The notes under the pieces were generated by a model that worked only from the letters and a program-made list of their open reading frames with translations, made no database searches and had not been told where the DNA came from. From the IMG/VR virus record IMGVR_UViG_3300046616_000314, positions 310,001 to 374,000 of that record: a stretch of 64,000 nucleotides of DNA; one strand, written 5' to 3'. Each line of letters begins with the position of its first letter. The first letter of the stretch is position 1. Below are positions 1-8,210 of the stretch, piece after piece. The position numbers and the translations under genes were made by a program.

Positions 1-90
1 GGCGTTGTGCGAGAAATAGGCACCAGCAACAGCGGCGGTCAGTTCGACGGTCGAAGTCGCGGACGACACGGGTTGAGTTTGATCAGTCAT
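1..90 (-). CDS. mucR: Ros/MucR-family transcriptional regulator, N-terminal part (runs off window)
   Basis: Translates MTDQTQPVSSATSTVELTAAVAGAYFSHNA, resembling the Ros/MucR N-terminal 'VELTADIVAAYVSNN'. TTGACA-N17-TAATTT promoter lies upstream (176-181). Only 30 aa visible. Confidence 0.55.
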   Translation of the reverse strand, partial: MTDQTQPVSSATSTVELTAAVAGAYFSHNA

Positions 91-413
91 ATTCGCTCTC
101 TGTCTGTTTCACAAAAGGATGCCGCAACCATCAGCGGCGTTGGAGAGCCTTGAAATTAGTTCGCTGCTTTCAAGGTGTCAACAGCACTCATAGAGATTTT
201 TTGATTTTATGCTGTTTTGGCAAGCCTAGACACTGATTTTAGACCAACGGATACATGAGCTAGATGCAAAAGGTTTAATGAAAAAATCAATAAAATCATA
301 TAGTTATGGTGGAGGTTCCGTAGAGGCTCACCGCTTTGGGGGCTTCTGAAACTTTTTTTGCTTTTTTGCTTGGAACCAAAGCTTTTCGAAAGATATTGCG
401 CGTAAAAGGGACC

Positions 414-914
414 ATGAGTTATGATTATCAGATGACAACGAAACTTGATCTCGGCTTCAAACACGGTGGATTGGCTCGCCAGCTATCCAATCTCTACGCT
501 TACCCTTTCGTGCTCGATGGCACGCAATGCGGCTCTATTGAGGGCTTTCTTCAGGGTGTGAAATTCCAGGGCTTGGAAGAACAAGCCTTGATTGCGTCTT
601 TGCAGGGCTACGAAGCTTATAAGACCGGGCAACTAGGGAACGACTGGAAAGAAACTCAAACCCTGTGGTGGCAGGGTAAGGCTTTTCCTCGCCTTAGTAG
701 AGAGTACCATACTCTCTTAGAGCGGGCGTACGATGCGTGCTTCGATCAGAACCCGGCTTTCGTACAAGCATTGATCGACAGCGGCATTGATGTCCTGACA
801 CATTATATGGGGCATCACGATCCGCATAATTCGGTGCTCACCGAATGGGAATACATCTATCTTATGTATCGAGCGCGTACGAAGGCGTTCCAAGGGATCA
901 TGGCAGAAACTTGA
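414..914 (+). CDS. NADAR-superfamily protein (T4 gp30.3-like)
   Basis: LSN..YPFVLDG...SIEGFLQGVK, TLWWQG..F.R.S, QN, LTH.MG, SVLTE.E pattern as in T4 gp30.3. Confidence 0.8.
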   Translation: MSYDYQMTTKLDLGFKHGGLARQLSNLYAYPFVLDGTQCGSIEGFLQGVKFQGLEEQALIASLQGYEAYKTGQLGNDWKETQTLWWQGKAFPRLSREYHTLLERAYDACFDQNPAFVQALIDSGIDVLTHYMGHHDPHNSVLTEWEYIYLMYRARTKAFQGIMAET

Positions 915-964
915 CAGTGCCTTAACGAAAGTTTATAGACAGGATTCCGGTCGAGGGAATTTCT

Positions 965-1207
965 ATGTCATCTGACGAATTTGGTATTTTGTTTCTCGCT
1001 GCGGTGTGTCTTGGACCATTTGTGTTAGTTTGTTTTTTTGCCCTGAACGAAAACCGCAACAAGGGCAAGTGGGAAACCGTCAAGGATGACGGGCGTTATT
1101 CCTATCAACAACACAAGGTGACGGGTAAGCGGCGCCTTTGGGTGTCTAAAGTTGGTCTCCTTCCTGTAAATCAGGATTGGGTAGACGGCAAAACTGATAT
1201 TCTTTAG
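965..1207 (+). CDS. hypothetical membrane protein
   Basis: N-terminal hydrophobic helix; GAGG RBS; TTGACA at 911. Confidence 0.6.
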   Translation: MSSDEFGILFLAAVCLGPFVLVCFFALNENRNKGKWETVKDDGRYSYQQHKVTGKRRLWVSKVGLLPVNQDWVDGKTDIL

Positions 1208-1209
1208 GA

Positions 1210-1515
1210 ATGAAAATGACCGCTTCCGTCCGTCAGCCCGTCGTGTGGGTGAAATCCCCGGTGAAACAAGAAGAAGAAAACGCCCGATTGGCGCGTGAAA
1301 AATCTGCAATGATCGTCAAAGTGCAGGTTCCCTTCATTGAAGACGGCGAAGTGTCGGTGTATCGTGAAGGTCGAAAGGGTTTGAAGCACCAAGCCCTGAC
1401 CGTCGAAGAACAAGCCATGCTGGGCGATGACCGCAAGGCGCATTTTAAGGCGTTATGGAACGTCGATGCCGTTCGATGGGATTTGCTGAAGCGGGTTAAG
1501 GACCAAGCGTGGTAA
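1210..1515 (+). CDS. hypothetical protein
   Basis: ORF in operon, phage-like codon use. Confidence 0.6.
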   Translation: MKMTASVRQPVVWVKSPVKQEEENARLAREKSAMIVKVQVPFIEDGEVSVYREGRKGLKHQALTVEEQAMLGDDRKAHFKALWNVDAVRWDLLKRVKDQAW

Positions 1516-1826
1516 CTTCCATTAAGTGGTATGCGCGGGTAAAAGAGACCTCTGGTGGAATTTTGAAAACGATTGACTGGGTTGAAGAAAATTGCCCCGG
1601 TTGGTCGTTTTTCGATATTAAAAGCAAAGATGGTCCGCTACCTGAAATCAAAAGTATTTTGAGCTTGAGTGCGATAGATGCACCCGAGCGCAATATGGAA
1701 TATGAAATCTATTTTGTTCAAGAAGAACATTTTGCGATATTTAAGCTATATAAGTCTGAAAGGATAATTGCATCTTCGACTGTTTGGGTAAGTAATATTC
1801 CCAATCTTTCGTGGGGACCAGAATAA
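1509..1826 (+). CDS. divergent FKLKW-family small protein
   Basis: DWVEENCPGW ... IYFVQEEHFAIFKLY. Confidence 0.5.
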   Translation: MVTSIKWYARVKETSGGILKTIDWVEENCPGWSFFDIKSKDGPLPEIKSILSLSAIDAPERNMEYEIYFVQEEHFAIFKLYKSERIIASSTVWVSNIPNLSWGPE

Positions 1827-1835
1827 CCAATTATC

Positions 1836-2096
1836 ATGATTAAGATTGAGCTAGATGTTAAGAATTCCGACATGCGTTCATTGCATGTGTGGCTCGACGC
1901 CAATTGCATTGGTTGGTGCTATCAAGGTGCAGGAAACCGTTTGTCCAACGAGCTTTGGGCAAAGAAAATGAACAAAAACATCGGCGCCCGCCAGAACGAT
2001 ATGAAAATTATTTTTTATGTAAAAGTTATCGAGGACGTTGCGACGATTCGTTTAAAATACGGCGGCGTCCGCGTAATTTCCGTCGATATCAATTGA
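1836..2096 (+). CDS. divergent FKLKW-family small protein
   Basis: VWLDANCIGW ... EDVATIRLKYGG. Confidence 0.5.
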   Translation: MIKIELDVKNSDMRSLHVWLDANCIGWCYQGAGNRLSNELWAKKMNKNIGARQNDMKIIFYVKVIEDVATIRLKYGGVRVISVDIN

Positions 2097-2139
2097 TTAA
2101 CGAATTTAAATGGTGCATAGACGCCATGAGGGGGAACCC

Positions 2140-2469
2140 ATGATCGAATTACCGAAAAACAAAAACAATTTTTGGGTTGAAGCACGTGTGCTGATCGCAG
2201 CTACCTTGCATCTGATCCTTTGGAACATCTGGCATTTGAAATTTGCCATTTTTCTCGCACTCGTCACCTTTGGGTTTGCGGATGGAATGGCAAAGCAACT
2301 GATTGCCCCCTGGCAACTGTTGGTCTTGATTTCGTTTGTCGTGTTGATCGCCTACAGCGATGGCTCTACAGCCAGAGACAGTTACGAACACCACATGCGC
2401 AAGCGTGAGAATAGCAACGCAGCTAAGTTCCAGCGTAAGATGGACAAGCTCAAAGCAAAAAAGAAATAG
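2140..2469 (+). CDS. hypothetical membrane protein
   Basis: Two to three hydrophobic segments, basic tail. Confidence 0.55.
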   Translation: MIELPKNKNNFWVEARVLIAATLHLILWNIWHLKFAIFLALVTFGFADGMAKQLIAPWQLLVLISFVVLIAYSDGSTARDSYEHHMRKRENSNAAKFQRKMDKLKAKKK

Positions 2470-2471
2470 AT

Positions 2472-2990
2472 ATGAACATCATCTATAAGCACGGCGACCT
2501 AATGGCTTCGCCGGAAACATTCATCGTTCAGGGCTGTAACGCCCAAGGTGTAATGGGTTCGGGTGTCGCGAAGCTATTGCGTGACGCAGATGAAACCATT
2601 TACTCCGAATATCGACAAGTTTACGAGGACCAAGGCAATTTCCTGAAGCAAGGGCAATGCGTTTGGGTTTTCTCGAAAGTGTTGAACAAGTTCGTTATCA
2701 ACGCGATCACACAACGATTTTATGGTCGCGAACCCGGCGTGGTCTACGCGGATTACGATGCCATTGAACAAGCGTTCCGTGACATCAATGATCATTTCTA
2801 TAAGCATCGCAACGAGAATGCGACTATCCCTCAAGTGGCAATGCCTTTGATCGGAGCCGGGCTTGCTCAAGGTAAGTGGTCGATCATCGCTCAAACCATC
2901 GAAGAAAGCGCGGAGCATTTTCAGCCCGTCGTCTATCTGATGGACGGGATCATTCCCGATGGTGTTCAAGGGGAAGTCATCAATGCGTAA
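2472..2990 (+). CDS. macrodomain protein (ADP-ribose hydrolase, T4 tk.4/DarG-like)
   Basis: GDL, QGCNAQGVMGSGVAK, VINAITQ, AMPLIGAGLAQGKW motifs. Confidence 0.9.
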   Translation: MNIIYKHGDLMASPETFIVQGCNAQGVMGSGVAKLLRDADETIYSEYRQVYEDQGNFLKQGQCVWVFSKVLNKFVINAITQRFYGREPGVVYADYDAIEQAFRDINDHFYKHRNENATIPQVAMPLIGAGLAQGKWSIIAQTIEESAEHFQPVVYLMDGIIPDGVQGEVINA

Positions 2991-3234
2991 AATTATTCTA
3001 ATTGCCTTGCTGGCTCTCAGTGCGTGTGGTCGCCCGCCCGAAAAAACCAGCGAAGACACCAAATCTACCGTGACCACCGATTTTACGTTGGTGCGCAAAT
3101 GCGAGAACGGCAGCGAGCTATATCGACTAAGCAACGGAGACCTTGCGCAATACAACGCACCTAGCGAAGGTGAGGGATATTTCGTGAAGTTCGAAGGAAC
3201 AATAGAAGAATATTGCGTCGAAGCTTCTTCTTGA
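2983..3234 (+). CDS. small lipoprotein
   Basis: MRKIILIALLALSAC lipobox. Confidence 0.7.
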   Translation: MRKIILIALLALSACGRPPEKTSEDTKSTVTTDFTLVRKCENGSELYRLSNGDLAQYNAPSEGEGYFVKFEGTIEEYCVEASS

Positions 3235-3254
3235 CCAAACGAAAATAATCGTGT

Positions 3255-3288
3255 AAAAAGCCCTTTGAAACTCTCAGAGGGCTTTTTT
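3255..3288 (+). terminator. intrinsic terminator hairpin overlapping promoter and RBS of next gene
   Basis: AAAAAGCCCT...AGGGCTTTTTT. Confidence 0.6.
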
Positions 3289-3289
3289 C

Positions 3290-3523
3290 ATGAGCACGGA
3301 ATCGATTGGTGGCGCGTTGTCAGCGGAAGAACTGGGCGAAGCCCTGTCCGGTGGTAACTGGACCGTCGTGGAGACCGATCCCCGCTGGGAAGAAGAAAAT
3401 CGTCTGCGGGCGATTGAAGACGAGAACGTTCGTCGTCGCACCGCCATGAAGAATCCCATCATTGCCTTCATCCACTGGGTTTACCAGTCCGAATGGCACA
3501 AGCAAACCAAAGCCGAACGCTGA
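3290..3523 (+). CDS. hypothetical protein
   Basis: ORF after TTGACC promoter, GAGG RBS. Confidence 0.6.
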   Translation: MSTESIGGALSAEELGEALSGGNWTVVETDPRWEEENRLRAIEDENVRRRTAMKNPIIAFIHWVYQSEWHKQTKAER

Positions 3524-3723
3524 TGGGAACGCAATTTCTTCGTCAAGGGAAATACGCCAAATTGTCGGCTCGTGGCAATGATGGTGTGGAATGGGTGGAA
3601 GATCGGGTGATTAGCTCGATCCTCTACGATGACGATATCATTGAATGTATTCGGAAAATGTACCCGGATGCTACCGAAATTCAAGTTGACCCTAACGCAG
3701 ACGAATTTAAGAGATTTATTTGA
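3523..3723 (+). CDS. hypothetical protein
   Basis: TGATG-coupled ORF. Confidence 0.5.
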   Translation: MGTQFLRQGKYAKLSARGNDGVEWVEDRVISSILYDDDIIECIRKMYPDATEIQVDPNADEFKRFI

Positions 3724-4100
3724 TGGCATATTCAGGTTGGGAAATTAGCGAAAAAGATCGCGCGACACTCATGGGGATCATGGGTGCCGCTTATCCTGAC
3801 GTGATCGCTCATCATATCACCTTGCGTCCTTTTGTTCGCAAGGATGATCCCGACGAATTGCCCCCGGAAGTTGTCGCCGAAGCTGTTGGCTGGGCGGACA
3901 ACGGTGTTGGCGTACAAGCAATTGTTGTTGCGATAAACGGTTCCACCAAGCGTCCCGATGGTCGTACTTACCATATTACGTGGTCGATCAACCGCGCCGC
4001 TGGCTACAAGCCGGTGGACAGCAATCGTGTTATCGAACTAGGCTGGAATGTGCTCTTTGAGCCTGTTCCTCTGACAGTAACTCCCAAAATCTTCAGTTAG
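3720..4100 (+). CDS. 2H phosphoesterase (cyclic phosphodiesterase)
   Basis: Two HxT motifs: HHITL and YHITW. Confidence 0.75.
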   Translation: MMAYSGWEISEKDRATLMGIMGAAYPDVIAHHITLRPFVRKDDPDELPPEVVAEAVGWADNGVGVQAIVVAINGSTKRPDGRTYHITWSINRAAGYKPVDSNRVIELGWNVLFEPVPLTVTPKIFS

Positions 4101-4110
4101 GATACTCGAT

Positions 4111-5169
4111 ATGGGTTCTTGGAACCATACCTGCATGATTTCTCGGATGCCGGTACTTGATGGAGAGAAAGTGGTTTCGCTATTCCTGGCTCAACAGAGC
4201 CAAGATTATGTGAGCTTCGTTTACGCCACCGCGTTGTGGGCGCCGATCCCGTACGTGGTTCATGGTGAATATAACGATTATGGCGCCGTCCATAATTTCA
4301 CCGGCAAAAGCGACGCGCATCTGGTGGAGTATTTTAAAGAAAATGCTATCAAGATGGGCATTGGTGAAAACGAGTACCACGATATCGAAATCAGTGAAGA
4401 AAAGATTTCGAGTGATGGTCTGGAATTCATCTACAGTGCCGACCACGAAAATCGTCTGCAATTCAGCGACTATCGGAAGAACAAACTTCTGGTGAAACAC
4501 GTCGTAATCCGCGAATCCTTGTACAACAAGGTGCTCTCGGATTACAGTTTCTCGAATTATCAAATGAAGCTGGGCGCCAAGAAAACCGACAGCTACGTTT
4601 CGGAAGATCACGAATACGTTCGGGTCAATTTCGCTTACATCACGCAAGATTGGGAAAACCAATCCAAGAAAATCATCGAACTGCTTCGCGAACAACTCAG
4701 CGAAGAAAAAAATATGTTCGGAATGCGGGATGATTATCTCATTCGGACGTTGACACAAGATATTTACGACCACGAAGCCACGCTTCCTGCGCTACAATGG
4801 TTGAGCGGTGCATCGGGTGGGCGCGGCGAGTCGGCGGGATGGATGCCCCCTCTTGGCTTCTGGTCCAAGTTCAGTGGAATGTCGGACGCTGATGCGGCTG
4901 ACTACCTGTACGAATTCCTGAAGTTTGCGTGGTTCAATCGTTTCGTTTGGGATTCGCGCATCACGTGGTTCCCGTCCTGTAACGCCAGCCAAGATTCCGA
5001 TATGGACGCCCAAGTCTTCCTGGCGAACTATATGAAGGAAGAAGCTCGATCCCTCATCAAGGAACGAATCGAAGACGATTGGGAATTCGATCCCGATCAG
5101 CTTGCGGCGGTCGATTTGCTCGATTACAAGCCCGCCAACTTCGAAGATGCCACCATCGCCGAAGACTAA
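4111..5169 (+). CDS. hypothetical protein
   Basis: 352-aa ORF with RBS, followed by terminator. Confidence 0.8.
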   Translation: MGSWNHTCMISRMPVLDGEKVVSLFLAQQSQDYVSFVYATALWAPIPYVVHGEYNDYGAVHNFTGKSDAHLVEYFKENAIKMGIGENEYHDIEISEEKISSDGLEFIYSADHENRLQFSDYRKNKLLVKHVVIRESLYNKVLSDYSFSNYQMKLGAKKTDSYVSEDHEYVRVNFAYITQDWENQSKKIIELLREQLSEEKNMFGMRDDYLIRTLTQDIYDHEATLPALQWLSGASGGRGESAGWMPPLGFWSKFSGMSDADAADYLYEFLKFAWFNRFVWDSRITWFPSCNASQDSDMDAQVFLANYMKEEARSLIKERIEDDWEFDPDQLAAVDLLDYKPANFEDATIAED

Positions 5170-5317
5170 GGAAAAAGCCCCCGGAACGATCCGGGGGCTT
5201 CTTTCGTTGGTAAGGTGTCGGGTCTGGCTAGGGTCGTGAGTGGTCTCTATGGTGCGGACACAGAGACCACTCACGAATGACCAACAACGCAGGGTCGGGT
5301 CTGGGTGTGCCAGTCAC
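5170..5317 (-). ncRNA. candidate small RNA (~150 nt)
   Basis: TTGACA(5347-5352)-N17-TAAGGT promoter, perfect 15-bp hairpin (5234-5276), two CCAGACCCGAC copies, terminator with U-tract; no convincing ORF. Confidence 0.6.
5172..5204. terminator. bidirectional intrinsic terminator
   Basis: AAAAAGCCCCCGG-AACGAT-CCGGGGGCTTCTTT. Confidence 0.85.
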
Positions 5318-5406
5318 GCTTGCACCTTATAAACCATAGTTCTCTGTGTCAAATTGAATCGGACATAATGTCGCACTTTTTTATTGCATCTGTGAGTATG
5401 CACTGA

Positions 5407-5414
5407 TATAAATA
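5407..5414 (+). promoter_or_regulatory. T4-type late promoter TATAAATA upstream of tRNA
   Basis: Exact T4 late consensus 9 nt before the tRNA. Confidence 0.6.
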
Positions 5415-5423
5415 ATAACTGTT

Positions 5424-5498
5424 GCGGGTGTAGTTCAGTGGTAGAACATCAGTTTTCCAAACTGAGTGTCGCTGGTTCGATCCCAGTCACCCGCTCCA
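5424..5498 (+). tRNA. tRNA-Gly (TCC)
   Basis: GCGGGTG/CACCCGC acceptor stem, D-loop AGTGGTA, anticodon arm TCAGT-TTTCCAA-ACTGA, GGTTCGATCC T-arm, encoded CCA. Confidence 0.95.
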
Positions 5499-5503
5499 AT
5501 CCT

Positions 5504-5743
5504 TCAAATCTTTGGTGGTGCAGGCTTCTTAGGTAGAGGCTTGATGAATGCTGGATTTGTTAGCTTGTAGTGCGTGCCACACGCCGAACAATGGAAATCC
5601 AGAGTACGGAAGATCGCATTCTTGAAATGCAGTTCCGCAACTTGACCACAATCGCAACTGAATTGCAGTGGTCCCATCATCATTTTATATTGGTTAGTAG
5701 CCTCAATCTTGGGTTCTGAACCCGGAAACTTAATAATTTTCAT
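5504..5743 (-). CDS. small zinc-ribbon protein
   Basis: CxC...CxxC (FSCDCG, FHCSACG); TAAATA late-type promoter at 5788-5793. Confidence 0.7.
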   Translation of the reverse strand: MKIIKFPGSEPKIEATNQYKMMMGPLQFSCDCGQVAELHFKNAIFRTLDFHCSACGTHYKLTNPAFIKPLPKKPAPPKI

Positions 5744-5857
5744 TTTTACTGTTGTAACAAAGACCCGACCTTTGTTTCCTTTTGGAATATTTATTGGTCA
5801 GTAAAAAATTAATAAGTCCTCATATTGAATGAATGCGTTCAATCATATAGGGCAAAA

Positions 5858-7900
5858 TTATGTCACAACCAACGTAAACGTGCGGAAATTTGACGTATAA
5901 TTGTCGTTTGCCGCCAATTCGAACGTATAAGTTCCGGCTGATACTGTTCCCGATAGTAGACCGGTTGCTGACAGCGTTGTTCCAGAAGGCAACGTTCCCG
6001 AAGCCAACATATATTTTACGCCTTGACCTTCTGGGTCAGTCGCAGAGAATTGCAAGCTGTATGCGCCTGCGGAAGCCCCTGGCAACGATGCTGCGGTATT
6101 CCAGTTAGGAGCACGGTTTGTGATTTGAACAGTAAAATTATGTGGAGTGATCAAAAACCCATCCGTTGCGGCGATAGTAAAACCATAAAAGGTAGTAGCT
6201 ACATCAACAAATGGTACGGTTCCAGTAATCACACCCGTATTTCCATTGAGTGTCCAATTATTGAAACCCAAATCTACGGAGCGATAGGTAATAGTCAAAC
6301 CATCATCTGATCCTGTATTACACGTAATAGTGATAGGATCACCGCAATTGGCTTGAATAACCGCGCTATTGTTGTACCAAATAGGTCCAGCAGCGCGCTT
6401 AGTACCCAAGAAATCCGATAGGCGAATTTCTCCCGACGTTGGAATTCTTGACGTGTATGGACGATCTACCACATAGAAATTGCCCAAACCAAAAACCTTA
6501 TGTGTATACGGATTCGTGCAGGTTCGGATGCCAAGATCATCGACGTGTTCAGTCGGGCTCAATGTCCAAACGGTACCCGAACGATTATAAACACTATTAT
6601 TTCGATTGTCATAAATCTTGGTGAAACCGACACCGGGTAATGTTCCACCGGCTGCTTTGGTTACTCCAATATTGGTTGTCTGGTTGATTTGATCCCCGGT
6701 GTAGTAAGTAGAATTTCCAGTTACGGGATCAACATATGCAAAAATATTATCGTATGTATACCATTTTGCATATACGGCGCCGGGGAGGGCTGCAACAATT
6801 TGGGCATACGTTTTCGACCCAGTAAGCGTTTGCCAACCATCCGCCGCTGTCAATGCTTGGTGGATAAATTCGATTCCACCAATTTGTTTATAATTTACAT
6901 CAAAACAATATAGACCCATAATGTGATGACATGGATTGCCATTTGTTGTGGTAGGATCGGTTACTTGGCGGCGATCCATAGACATATTGTATGTCGCGCC
7001 GCTTTCTAATTTAAAATATGCCAATTCACCGTAGGATCGTGCCTGGATAATGCTACCCCAGTATTGCCCTTGTGTTTGGATGACTGGTCCCTTGGTCGGG
7101 TCAGTAACATACGTAACCTGCCCGCCGCCGGGTAGGTTTCCACGCGGGACCATCGTTCCATAGTCAGATGATAGATACAATTGACTCGTATGAACAGAGG
7201 GGTGATTACCAGCCTCCGACAGGTACATGGAATCGAATTCCCATTGTGTGTCCACAACGTTGTTCGTAATCTCAGACAGCACGGTCTTGCGATAGTAATC
7301 AGTTAGCTTGGTTGGGGTAGGTCCAACGAATTCTGTTCGAATGTCGCCCAAGCTGATTTTCGGAAGCACTTCGAATTTGAGGATTTCGTAGATGGCATCC
7401 GAAAAGGGAATACCATCAGGGGCTCCCGACCGATTTAGGCGAATACGCGGACGTGCCGCCGGATAATTTTGCGGACAAACCCACAAGCAAAGAATTTCGT
7501 ACCATTCATTGACAACCCACGATGATGTATCAATGAAATCATCGGGCGCGATCAAGCCAGGACCACTAGTCGGACCTTTAATAATAATGTTAGTTGAGTA
7601 ATCAGTGGGCGCATCGGGATAGACAATAAAACCGGGTCTCAACCACGATGTAATACCAGATGACGCCGCAATCTTCCGCATGGTGGCGCGCATAAGATAA
7701 GACCGCCCGGCTTGTGGAACAAATGCATCAATGCCAGTGAGTGATGGACCCTCACCGGTTTTAGAACGGAATACTTGCTGACCATCACCATTAGTTACCA
7801 AATACGACGGATCAATTGGAGTCGGAGACGCCGAATTTTCATTGAATGTCCAATCGTTTACGGACGTGAAGAGGGATGGGTAGTAGGGAGGTAGAGCCAT
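5858..7900 (-). CDS. virion/tail adhesin-like protein with Ig-like C-terminal repeats
   Basis: C-terminal putative Ig repeats (NRAPNW..., GTLPSGTTLSATGLLSGT); ISLGDIRTEF/LTDYYR/IPTSGEIRLSDF motifs; late promoter. Confidence 0.7.
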   Translation of the reverse strand: MALPPYYPSLFTSVNDWTFNENSASPTPIDPSYLVTNGDGQQVFRSKTGEGPSLTGIDAFVPQAGRSYLMRATMRKIAASSGITSWLRPGFIVYPDAPTDYSTNIIIKGPTSGPGLIAPDDFIDTSSWVVNEWYEILCLWVCPQNYPAARPRIRLNRSGAPDGIPFSDAIYEILKFEVLPKISLGDIRTEFVGPTPTKLTDYYRKTVLSEITNNVVDTQWEFDSMYLSEAGNHPSVHTSQLYLSSDYGTMVPRGNLPGGGQVTYVTDPTKGPVIQTQGQYWGSIIQARSYGELAYFKLESGATYNMSMDRRQVTDPTTTNGNPCHHIMGLYCFDVNYKQIGGIEFIHQALTAADGWQTLTGSKTYAQIVAALPGAVYAKWYTYDNIFAYVDPVTGNSTYYTGDQINQTTNIGVTKAAGGTLPGVGFTKIYDNRNNSVYNRSGTVWTLSPTEHVDDLGIRTCTNPYTHKVFGLGNFYVVDRPYTSRIPTSGEIRLSDFLGTKRAAGPIWYNNSAVIQANCGDPITITCNTGSDDGLTITYRSVDLGFNNWTLNGNTGVITGTVPFVDVATTFYGFTIAATDGFLITPHNFTVQITNRAPNWNTAASLPGASAGAYSLQFSATDPEGQGVKYMLASGTLPSGTTLSATGLLSGTVSAGTYTFELAANDNYTSNFRTFTLVVT

Positions 7901-7981
7901 ACCAATATTTAGCCCAAATTTTCGTTGACAAAAATTTTCAAAGTCGATAGTGGTAGGTCGGATTAACAGGAGGATTTGTTA

Positions 7982-8206
7982 ATGAGTAAGAAAGTCCCGA
8001 CCGTGTACGAATTCGTACTCTGGGGTCTGGCGGCGATTCTAACCATGCCGATTTCGATTGTCGTGGCGTCGCGTCTGTTTAACCAGAAGAACGATTTCCT
8101 TCTGGTCATCGCTGGGCTTGTTCTGATCGGCGGCGTGCTGCTGGTCATCAAGCTCGTGTCTATCATTGTTGGGAAGCTTCAGCTTCTCGCCGCGAACAAG
8201 GAATAA
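7982..8206 (+). CDS. small membrane protein
   Basis: Two TM helices; GGAGG RBS; TTGACA at 7925. Confidence 0.7.
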   Translation: MSKKVPTVYEFVLWGLAAILTMPISIVVASRLFNQKNDFLLVIAGLVLIGGVLLVIKLVSIIVGKLQLLAANKE

Positions 8207-8210
8207 CCCT

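Noticed and set aside
5217-5304. Retron msr-msd or mini-CRISPR reading of the hairpin with direct repeats
   Set aside because: No reverse transcriptase nearby and only two 11-nt repeats; the sRNA interpretation fits better.
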